In this document: positions 7,469 through 18,300 of the stretch, one piece after another
Numbering within the stretch: position 1 is the first letter of the stretch
Layout of the letters: every line of letters starts with the position of its first letter
NCBI GenBank assembly: GCA_000388065.2
Contig: KB932213.1
DNA: 24,252 nt
Source: Fonticula alba ATCC 38817
Taxonomy: Eukaryota; Protista; Nucleariida
Strand: one strand, 5' to 3'
Translations under genes and position numbers: made by a program
The notes under the pieces: model-generated
Told to the model about the DNA's origin: nothing
The model's database searches: none
The model's input: only the letters and a program-made list of their open reading frames with translations

Positions 7469-9839
7469 GTGTGAGCGCCCGCGCGTGTCCTTCTCGCGCG
7501 TGCTTCGCTCCCCCCTCCCCCCCCCCCCCGCGCGCCGCCCTGTGGCCCTACGCAATCCCTTTTCAGCCGCGGACGAAGGGGGGGGGGGGGGGCCGCGAGA
7601 GCCGGCATGTGCACACGCCTCGCTTCCCCCCACCCCCCACTCCCCGTGTGCTGCCTGTTGTGCGCACGCATATCCCGCTCGCTGCTCCCCCCCCGCCCCC
7701 CTGCTGTTGTCCCCTCGCCTCCTCTCTCCGGTGTCTGGCCGAGGGGGAGGAATAGCGGGGCGGGGCCACAGAGGAGCGGGCAGGGCCACTGCCGGAGGGC
7801 GGCAGTTCCTCGCCCCACCTGCAAGTGATGTGCCTGCCAATAATGTACTTCCACATCCTTTTCTCCGCTTTCCTCCTCCCTTGTGTGCGGGGGGCCAGAG
7901 CACCAGACGCGCGGGGAGACACGTGCGTGCATGTGTCTGTGCGTGGCTCTGCGTCTTTTTCTTGGCGGCCAGGATCGTGTCCGGGGCCGGCGGGCGGGCG
8001 GGCGGGCGGGCGCCAGGAGGCCTGCCTCATCAGGCGGCGCGGGGAGGGGGCGGGGGGATGGTCTTGCCCCCGTGTGCCGGGGAGTCCTGCAGCCCGGCAA
8101 GCACCAGAGGGGCCCCCGGGATGCCGCATGCCGCCCGTGTGCGCCTCGCGTTGGGCTTCCGCTCGGAAAAGGGCCAGGGCCGACGAGCGCACACGAAGCG
8201 GAGGGCGCCGCGCGCGCGCCCCACACGGCCCGGGCCAGTGGTGGATCCCCCTGTTTCGCGGGAATGCACCGCCGAGGCGGCCCCTCCCCCCCCGCGCCCC
8301 GTTCCCCGGGCCCGGGGGGGGGGGGGGGGGACATTCCTTCGGACCTGGAAATGGCGCACCCATAACTGGGCTTATAACTTGGCCGCGCCTCCCGGGGGGC
8401 TCCCTGGCGGCATCACAGCGCTCTCGATCACCGGGCCCCGGCGACGCGCGCCGGACGGCTCTTGCCCCTTTCGATGGGGCGGAGGCTCCCGCGAAAGCGT
8501 GCCCGACCTGCCTGCGTTACGGGAAAAAAATAACGCCCCGCCCCTGCCGCCGGCCTGGTCTTCTCTGCCACTCCCCACGGCGGCGCCGGGCTGCCTGACT
8601 AAACCCCGCCACCACCCTCCCTCGGCCAGACATCGGCTCGCGAGCGTGGCGACCCCCGTCGGGACGAGGGGAGAAATCCCTCCGCAGCTCGCCCGCCGAA
8701 GGACGGCCCTCCCAGCGGGGGGAAAAGCGCCGGCGACCTCCCTGCGCGGCTCCCCGGGCGCCCGGAGGCGGTGCCGCCCGCCGCCCAGCGATGGCCGCCT
8801 CGTCCCGGGGCCCGCGCGCGGCCGAAGGGGGGCACGCGTATGCGTCGGCACTCGAGCCCCGGCAAAAGGTCACGCGGCCTTCCCCGATCACGCAGGCGCC
8901 CCGTGCCACACATCGCCGGGGGCGCCGCTCGCCGCCGGCTCCGCCCCCGCCAGGAGGCCGCATCAGGTCCGGATTTGCCGTGCACGCGCGTGTGCGCGGC
9001 CGGGAGGGGAGGGAGGGCGCTGCCCTGCCGGGACCCTGGCGGGGGATGGTGCGCCCCGCCAGCCGGGCCGGCTGGCGCACAGGCCGACGGCGCCGGGCGG
9101 CAGATCGCCCCGCGGCCAGCGGCGCCCGGGTCTCGCGGGAAAGCCGCCCCGCCAGCGCGTCCCACCCCCGCCGCCGGTCCGGGCCGCCCTCCATGGATGG
9201 CCGCCTAGACGATGGCCTGCCCCGGGAAACGGCCGGGCGCCGCCCACCGGGGCCGGCGTCGAGGCGCACTTGCCGGCCTGCGCACCCTCAAGTGCGCGGA
9301 CGCGGGCCGGCCGCCCACACGGCGGACAGGGTATGGTGGCAAAGGTCCGGGACCGCTGTCCCAGCATCAAGGGGCGCCCGCGTCCTCCGGCTCGCCCCCC
9401 CGCCCTGGCTCGGCCCCGGCACCGGGGCCCCTCAAGCGAGAGATCCAGTCGCGCCCCGGTGCTCACTGGCCCCCACCGGCCCCCCCCCCCCCCCGCTCGT
9501 CACGGCCCTGCCGCAGCGTTTTTTTTTTTCGACGCTCGCGTGCGGCGTGCGCCTCCCCCGCACCCGCGTCCCTGTGCTGCGTCCGGGCCTCCGGAGCTGT
9601 CGCCTCCCCGGCCCCGGCGAGTGTGCTCGGCGTGCCGGCGCCCCGGGCACACATGTTTGCCCGACCCGCACCTCGCCCGACAAGGAGGCGCCTGCGGCGT
9701 GCGTCGCGGTCGGCGTCCGCCGCGCACTGGCCCGAGGCACCGCGCCCCGGTCTTCACCCCCCTCCCGTCCGCTCGGGGGAGGGGGGCGGTCTGTCTGCGA
9801 TTCCTCTGGCCCCGCTCGGCTCGTGGCTCGGGGTCTCCT

Positions 9840-9841
<2 letters not shown>

Positions 9842-9882
<41 letters not shown>
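9842..9882. repeat. (GT)n microsatellite, about 20 units
   Basis: Seen directly. Confidence 0.97.
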
Positions 9883-9883
<1 letters not shown>

Positions 9884-10017
9884 CCCGCCACCGGAGTAGG
9901 CCCCCGCCCCCCCCCGCCCCCCCGGTTCGTCGGCCGGATGGGTCCCGGCCCGGCGGCGGCATACGCCCCCATCCCGGCCCGGGCACCCGCGGCCCCTTGG
10001 CGCCTCATCTGTGGCTC

Positions 10018-10942
10018 NNNNNNNNNNNNNNNNNNNNNNNNNNNNNNNNNNNNNNNNNNNNNNNNNNNNNNNNNNNNNNNNNNNNNNNNNNNNNNNNNNN
10101 NNNNNNNNNNNNNNNNNNNNNNNNNNNNNNNNNNNNNNNNNNNNNNNNNNNNNNNNNNNNNNNNNNNNNNNNNNNNNNNNNNNNNNNNNNNNNNNNNNNN
10201 NNNNNNNNNNNNNNNNNNNNNNNNNNNNNNNNNNNNNNNNNNNNNNNNNNNNNNNNNNNNNNNNNNNNNNNNNNNNNNNNNNNNNNNNNNNNNNNNNNNN
10301 NNNNNNNNNNNNNNNNNNNNNNNNNNNNNNNNNNNNNNNNNNNNNNNNNNNNNNNNNNNNNNNNNNNNNNNNNNNNNNNNNNNNNNNNNNNNNNNNNNNN
10401 NNNNNNNNNNNNNNNNNNNNNNNNNNNNNNNNNNNNNNNNNNNNNNNNNNNNNNNNNNNNNNNNNNNNNNNNNNNNNNNNNNNNNNNNNNNNNNNNNNNN
10501 NNNNNNNNNNNNNNNNNNNNNNNNNNNNNNNNNNNNNNNNNNNNNNNNNNNNNNNNNNNNNNNNNNNNNNNNNNNNNNNNNNNNNNNNNNNNNNNNNNNN
10601 NNNNNNNNNNNNNNNNNNNNNNNNNNNNNNNNNNNNNNNNNNNNNNNNNNNNNNNNNNNNNNNNNNNNNNNNNNNNNNNNNNNNNNNNNNNNNNNNNNNN
10701 NNNNNNNNNNNNNNNNNNNNNNNNNNNNNNNNNNNNNNNNNNNNNNNNNNNNNNNNNNNNNNNNNNNNNNNNNNNNNNNNNNNNNNNNNNNNNNNNNNNN
10801 NNNNNNNNNNNNNNNNNNNNNNNNNNNNNNNNNNNNNNNNNNNNNNNNNNNNNNNNNNNNNNNNNNNNNNNNNNNNNNNNNNNNNNNNNNNNNNNNNNNN
10901 NNNNNNNNNNNNNNNNNNNNNNNNNNNNNNNNNNNNNNNNNN
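10018..10942. other. Assembly gap (925 N)
   Basis: N run. Confidence 0.99.
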
Positions 10943-11695
10943 CCGCCCGCTCGCGCATGATGGCCCGGCCCGGCGGCCGACCATGCAGGCCGCCTTCACG
11001 CGTGCCCGGTGAAACACCCCCCGCGCCGCACACACCCGCCGCCCCCAGCGGCGCCAACCCCCCAAGGGCATCGGGCCCCTCAAAGGTAGCAATCGGCAGC
11101 CATAACCATAACAATGGCGACCCATTCGGACCCTGAAACGCGGGCGCGCCCCGGGCACCGACCTGCCCGGCGCCGGGGAACAACAAACCGCACCGCGCTC
11201 CGGGCCCCGCCCCAGCATAGACCGAACCCCGCGCGGTTGGTGCCCACGCAGCAGGTCCACGGGCCGGGCCCGATCGCCCGCAGGCTGAGCCCCGTCGCAG
11301 GCGACGGACCCTGGCCCGGGGCGCGAGCCGGGCCCCGGGCCGGAAGAGGGCCCTCGAGCGAACAACCGACACAAGCGGACCGGCCGCCCGTGTGCTCCCC
11401 GGCCCCCCCTTCCCCGCCGCCCTGCCAGGCTGACCGGCCTGCGCCTCGACCAGCCGGCCCGCCGAGCCAGGGGCTACGGCCGCCCTGGCGCCTGCGCCCT
11501 GCCCCCGGGCCCTCCCCAGACACGGAGCCCCGCATGTCGATGTTGTTGGACGCCGGCCGCTGGTGTCGCGCCCCCCATCGCCAGCCGGCCGCCCCGGCCC
11601 TCGGCAGGCCGGGCCGCACAAGGGGACGCCGGCCGCCGCCCCTCCTCCAAGACCGGCCGCCATCGATCTCCCCCCTCCCCCCGCCCCCCAGCCCC

Positions 11696-12339
11696 NNNNN
11701 NNNNNNNNNNNNNNNNNNNNNNNNNNNNNNNNNNNNNNNNNNNNNNNNNNNNNNNNNNNNNNNNNNNNNNNNNNNNNNNNNNNNNNNNNNNNNNNNNNNN
11801 NNNNNNNNNNNNNNNNNNNNNNNNNNNNNNNNNNNNNNNNNNNNNNNNNNNNNNNNNNNNNNNNNNNNNNNNNNNNNNNNNNNNNNNNNNNNNNNNNNNN
11901 NNNNNNNNNNNNNNNNNNNNNNNNNNNNNNNNNNNNNNNNNNNNNNNNNNNNNNNNNNNNNNNNNNNNNNNNNNNNNNNNNNNNNNNNNNNNNNNNNNNN
12001 NNNNNNNNNNNNNNNNNNNNNNNNNNNNNNNNNNNNNNNNNNNNNNNNNNNNNNNNNNNNNNNNNNNNNNNNNNNNNNNNNNNNNNNNNNNNNNNNNNNN
12101 NNNNNNNNNNNNNNNNNNNNNNNNNNNNNNNNNNNNNNNNNNNNNNNNNNNNNNNNNNNNNNNNNNNNNNNNNNNNNNNNNNNNNNNNNNNNNNNNNNNN
12201 NNNNNNNNNNNNNNNNNNNNNNNNNNNNNNNNNNNNNNNNNNNNNNNNNNNNNNNNNNNNNNNNNNNNNNNNNNNNNNNNNNNNNNNNNNNNNNNNNNNN
12301 NNNNNNNNNNNNNNNNNNNNNNNNNNNNNNNNNNNNNNN
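11696..12339. other. Assembly gap (644 N); likely contains the start codon of the receptor kinase
   Basis: N run; a signal peptide begins 11 codons after it. Confidence 0.95.
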
Positions 12340-15300
12340 GCGGCCGGCGGCCCGGCCCCGGCCGCCCCCCGGCCACGCCCTCCTGTGGGTGTTCCTCAGC
12401 CTGCTGGGCCTGCTCCGGGCCTGCCAGGCCGCCTCGCCGGCGGTCCCCCTCTCGGACTTCCACACGGTCCAGGTGCTGGCCGGCCCGGGGTACGGCGATC
12501 GCCAGCGGAACATCCGCCTGTGCGACTTCTTTTCGCAGCGCCTGCTCATGGCCGGCGACACCGATGGCTTCGACGACATCAGCTACATGCAGGTGTACTA
12601 CTCGGTGCGCACCGGGCCCGAGGGCAAGCGCCAGGGCCACTTCGCCGGGCCGCGCGCCGTGCGCTTCCTCCCGGCCACCTATGCGCCGATCGCCTGCTTC
12701 AGCCAGTACCCCTTCGCGCCGGGCGGCCCGGACCGGGTGGCCCTGCACTCGCAAATCGTGTCCACCATCCCCCAGGTGTACAGCACCCCGGCCATGGTGG
12801 GGAACCTGCTCCTCCTGACCAGCGACCACTACGCCGACAGGATGCAAGTCTCCGGGACCGAGCATGTGCTCATCTTCGACCGTGCCTCCCCCCCGCGCGT
12901 GGGGGCCCACATCCTGAGCATCGCCCACTCGACCCTGCTGCTTACCAAGATCACCGACGGCGTCAATGTCGAGCCGATCGCCCACAGCCCGCAGCTCGGC
13001 CAGCTCCGGCTCCTGACGGCCACCGACCTCGATGGCGATGGCCAGGTGGATGCCGTGGTCGTGGGCCGGCCGACGCCTGACCTCCCCGGCTCGCCGGAGG
13101 CCCTGTACTGGCTGAGCAATGTCGGCCGGCAGCCGGCGGCCAGCCCCACCCCCCTGGCGGATGTGTCCATGCTGTACCGGCTGCCGGCCGGCTTCCGCGC
13201 CGGGCAGATCGTCGTCGGGGACTTTGACCAGGACGGCCTGGCCACGGACCTGGCCGTGGCCTCCGGCGCCGGGTCCTCCGGCCCGGAGCACATCATCTTC
13301 CTGCTGTCGTCGGATCTGGCCGCGCCGGTGCACCTGTCGCTGGAGGCCATGACCGCCGGCGACCCGGCCCTCGGGCAGGTGCCGCACTCGGCGCGGCAGC
13401 CCAAGATCGCCCCGGCCCCGGGCCTCCCGGCGCCCGGGGCCACGGGCCTCCTGCTGGCCCATGGCAGCCGGGTGTGGCTGGTCCCGGGCCCGGTGCGCCC
13501 GGTGGCCGGCCGCGCGTCCACCCTGGACCTGGTGGCGGCCGGGGCATACCGGCTTCTGCCGGACTTCCCCACCGCCACCGATGTCTGGTGGTCGGTGGCC
13601 ACCGGCGACGTGGATGCCGATGGCCATCTGGACGTGGCCCTGGCCCATGGGTCCGTGCCCGGCCAGGTGTGGCTCCTGTCGCGGGTGAACGCCACGCCGG
13701 GCTGCCTGTGCGGCCCGGCGGCCAGCTGCCAGCATGGCGGCTTCTTCGAGCAGCCCCAATGCCACTGCCACGACCCGCATGCCGACCCGGATGTGGACTT
13801 TGCTCCGTGTGAATTCTGCCGGCCGGGCTTCTTCCGTTTGGCTGCCGGTGCGTGTCGGGCCGCGGGCCCGCCGGTGTGCGGCCCTTTCCCCCTTGCCCGG
13901 TTGGTGCCCGTAGCCGGATGCCTGGCTGACCGTCTGCCGTCGCACATCCCCCCCCGCGCACTCATGCGTACATCTGTGCCTTCATGTGGATATATATATA
14001 TGTGCACACTGGCATGCATTTCGCCGCGCCCCCGCGCACTCATGCGTACATCTGCGCCTTCATGTGGGTATATATATATATATGTGTGCACACTGGCATG
14101 CATTTCGCCCCGCCCCTCTCGCGCTGCCCAGATGACCCTTGCCAAGCCTGCCACCCCTCGTGCGCCAGTTGCCTCGGCCCGGCGGCCAACCAATGCCACT
14201 CATGCCCGGAGGGCAGACCCCTCCAGCAGGGGGCCTGCACCGAGGCGCCGGCCTCGACGCAAGTGAGCGTCACACTCCAGCACCCCGAGTGGCCCTTCTA
14301 TGAGGCGGTGCTGGGCGGGCCGGTTTCCGCGCCGGGCGGGCCCTCCCAGCAGCCCCACGTCATTTGGCAAGGCACCGAGCCCCTCTCGCAAGTCGGCATG
14401 GTGGAGGGATACCTGCGCATCGACAGCCACATCATGGTGACCCCCTCGGCCGAGGCGCTGAGATTCCTGCAGGGGCATCTCCCCGGCGGGGTGCTCTCCT
14501 TCCGGGAGGCCCCCCTGCGCGGGGGGTACCACGCCACCAGGCACGCCGCCACCAGCATCGCCATCGGGCCCCTGGGCAAGTACCACCAAAAGGTCCCGCT
14601 CGTGTGGGCCCAGCCCCTGGTGTCGGCATGCCTGGCCGCCTCGCCATCCGGCATGTGCCAGACCTTCCAGCAGGGGGTCCAGATCGCCGAGGGCGAGGTG
14701 ACCCTCGGCCGGGTGGCCGGCCCCCCAGGCTCCCAAGCCGTGGTCCGCATGCAAATGGGCCAGCTTTTCGCCGACCGCCAAATCAGCCCCCACGCCGTCC
14801 TCTCGGTGCAGTGGCTCGCCGTGGACAATGACTTCGGCATCGAAACCATGGTGGCCCTCGTGGAGCAGGCCCCCCCGCCCCCCGGCACGCCCGGCCCCTC
14901 GGCCCCCGGCTGCCAGCTGCTCTGGTTCCCGATCACCAACCCCGAGCCCACCTCCGTCCTGGCCGCCCCGGGGGAGGTTCTCCGGTCGGATGTGCCCTGC
15001 GGGCGCCTGATGCCCATGCTGTCGGGCCCCGGCCAGCGGCCGTCCTTGCTGTTGGCTCCGCGCCGGCCGGACCCGGCCACCGGGGCCCTGCTGCTGCTCC
15101 TGCGCAATGCCGCCTCGGGCCATGTCTTCCGGCCGGACTTCCAGCCGCCGGTGGTGCTGCTCACCCTGCAGCATGTCGGCCACGAGCCCGGCACCCCGGA
15201 CCTGGGCCCGGTGGTGGCCAGGCCCGACCCGCTGGCCATGGGCCCCGGCCGGGCGCGGGTCTTCCTCTGGTCCGGCGCGTGGCTGCACCTGGTGGACCTG

Positions 15301-18300
15301 CTGCTGGACCCGGCCGGGCCCGGCACCCACCAAGTCCACGTCCAGCACCAGCCCCTGGTCCCGCGCCGGGACTTCGACCCCTTCCAGGGGCAGGACCTGG
15401 AGCTGCTGGTGCTGGATGTCGAGCCGGACGGCCACTCCGAGGTGGCCATGTACAGCCCCGCCACCGGGGCCGTCACCCTCTTCCGCCGGGCCTCCGTGGA
15501 CAATGGCTGCGGCTGTGGCATCGCCGGGGCCTGCCGCGTGCCCGCCGGCTGGAGCCCGGGGGCCGTCTGCCCAGCGGCGCTGGCGAGCGCCCGGCACCCG
15601 GCGCCCGGCCGGCCGGCCCGCGCCCAGGCCTGCGTCCACCAGCCGACCGCCCTCCGCGCGGCCGACCTGTGCCAATGTGCCCCGGGGTTCCTCACGCCGG
15701 ACCCGATGGGGGAGCTGTGCGGCCAGTGCGATGCCGCCGGGCCCGGGGCCCAAGCCCGGCCGGCCCCCGACCCGGCCCCCGACCCGACCCCCGACCCGGC
15801 CCCCGACCCGGCCCCCGACCCGGCCCCGATGGCCCAGCCCCCGGGTGCGGCCCGCTGTCACGGCGACTGCCCGATGGCCGGGTGCCTGGTGTGCCGGGAG
15901 GCCGGGTGTGCTGTCTGCGAGGCCGGGCTGCTGCTCACCGAGGCCGGCCAGTGTGCCACCCGGTGCGACGACCCGCACGCCCCGGTGCTGGATGGCCAGC
16001 GCTGCCAGGCCATCACCCCGGCCGAGGTGTGGGTCGCCGCGCGGCACGTCCCCCTGCACGCGGACTGGGCCGCCATGGATGCCGTGCAGGTGGCCCGCAT
16101 GCGGGTCCTCCAGTCGACCGCCGGCGCCCGGCTGCCCATGCTGTCCCACACCCACTTCCTGCATTTGGCCACCCTCCGGCCGGAGGACGGCCAGCGCGAG
16201 GACTGGCTGGTGTCGGTGGCCGAGCTGCTGCCGGATGGCCGCCCGGCCGAGCCGCGGTCCATTCGCCTGGCCGAGGCCGTGGCCTTCATGCGCGACTACT
16301 GCACCAGCCGCTTCGAGTCGCAGGTGGCCTCGGCCTCGTCGGCCACCTGCCCGGCGGGCGGGCCGCATGGCCTGCCCGGCCTGTCGGCCGAGCGTCGCAC
16401 GCGCCCCGGCTGGGTGATGACCAGCCGCGCCGATGGCCGGGACCCGGTCGCCGCCGCCGCCGCCGCCGCCGCCGCCATGCGCGGCCCATCGGCCGGCCGG
16501 TCGCCCGGGCCCGAGCACCCGCCGGGCGCGCGGCCAAGCATGTCGGCCGCCGGCGGTGGCGGTCCCCCCCACCAGTGGGACACCGTGCCGGTGGGCTTCC
16601 TCCCGGGGTTGCCGCGGCCGGTGCCCATGCCTTGGCTCGCGGCGCTGGAGAAGGCCCCGCCGCCGGGGGCCGCCACCGCCACCGCCACCGCCACCGCCAC
16701 CACCATCGAGCCCGGGCCCCACCCTCCAGGCCTGGCCAAGCAGGCACTCAGCCAGATGCTCGACATGGCGGTCCATGTCATGGCCATCGGGCCGGGGCCG
16801 CCGCCGCCGGCGGCCGGCAGCCAGCCCCCCCAGCCAGCGGGCCTGTGCGATGTCACGGGCCAGGCCCTGCCCCAGGTGTCCCACCTCCAGCTGGCCATCA
16901 TCCAGCTCCACTCGCTCAGCGTCACGGACATCGACGTCCTCCGGCATTGCTGGATCCAGGTCCTGCCCTTGCCCTTCCCCGAGGCCGAGGTCTTCCTCGA
17001 CCAGACGGCCCACGTGCCGGGGTCCACGTCCTGGGGCATGCGCCTGGCCCGGCTGCCGGCCGGGGCCGGGCCCGATGCGCGCGAGGACTTCCTCCTCATC
17101 CACCGCCATGCCCTGCCCCCCGTCGGCGGCGGCCTGCCGGGCACGTGCGATTACGTGCTTGTCCGGCTGACGCCCCGGCCGGCCGGGGCCCTGCCCTGGT
17201 ACCAGGCCCACCGGTCGACCATCCTCGGCGTCCTCTTCGGGTCGACGTCCCTGCAGAGGCTGGAATCCGTGCGCGATGTGTACCCCTCGCATGCGGTCCA
17301 GCAGCCGGGGCTCCTGCTGGCCACCAGCAGCAGCCCCTGCCTGTGGCCGCTGGCCCCGGATGACCTGGCCATCACCAATGCCGTGCTGGTGCCGTCCAAC
17401 CTCGGCGACCAGACGCGCGTGGCGCTCGTCCGCGCGGACGGCCTCGGCGACAGCATTGTCGTGCTGGACTTCACGTGCATCATGCAGACCCAGTGTCTCA
17501 CGCACTTGCCGGGGCCGGACTCCGGGGGCCCCGGCCAGGCTGGCCCCCTCCGGCCGGATTACGGCTGCCCCATGCAGGTGCTCGAGCGCGAGCCGATCAC
17601 CGAGGAGGTCATCCTCCAGGTGCTGGATGTGGATGGCAACCTGCTGATGGACTATGTCCTGATTTACCCCGGCACCGGCCGGGTGGTGGCCTACCTCGTG
17701 CTGGACAGCCACCATGGGTCCCTCCGGCGGGTGGTCATGCTGCCGGGCCGGGACCCGGCGGCCGGGGCCGCGGCCGCGCCCGGCCACTCGCCCCCGCCGC
17801 CGCCCCGCCCCGGGGCCCTCTTCCTGGCCGACATCGACCAGGATGGCCATGTGGAGGTGGTGGTGCTGGACCGGGCGCAGGGCCCGGGCCAGCCGGCGGC
17901 CAGCCTCACGGTTTACGCCCGGTCCGACCAGACCACCGGCTGGTGCCCGCCCGGGGTGGACTTCGACCCGGCCGCCGGCCAGTGCGCCTGCCAGGACCCG
18001 GGCATGTTCCTCAGCCCGGTGACCGGCCGCTGCGAGTGCATCCTCCATGCGGCCCCGGCGGCCGGGCCCGGGGCCCGGGGGTGTGTCTGCCCGCCGAGCA
18101 TGCGGGCCACCCCCTCGGCGTGTGTCTGCCAGCCGGGCCTGCTGCCGGTGGCCAGCGAGGCCACCGGGCTGGCCCTCTCGCCGGGCCACTGCGCCGCCTG
18201 CCATGCCACCTGCGCCATGTGCTCGGCCAGCCGGCCGGGGCTGTGTGCCGCCTGCCGGCCGGGGGACCTGCTGCAGGCCGGCACCTGCGTGGCGGCCTGT

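Noticed and set aside
11114-11695. MATHSDP... as the N-terminus of the receptor kinase
   Set aside because: Frame continuity across 644 Ns is meaningless, the sequence is low-complexity P/R/A, and the signal peptide after the gap implies a nearby start codon.
7470-11695. Gene or ncRNA between the secreted gene and the kinase; short CATAAC/ATAACT repeats at ~8361 and ~11101
   Set aside because: No recognisable protein motif, tRNA or rRNA, and the AT-rich motifs are too short to call. A gene could still hide in the 925-N gap.
13958-14045. GCACTCATGC shared between the intron-1 repeat and the 13-bp minisatellite
   Set aside because: Only a 10-mer; with many possible unit phases and variants a chance match is plausible.
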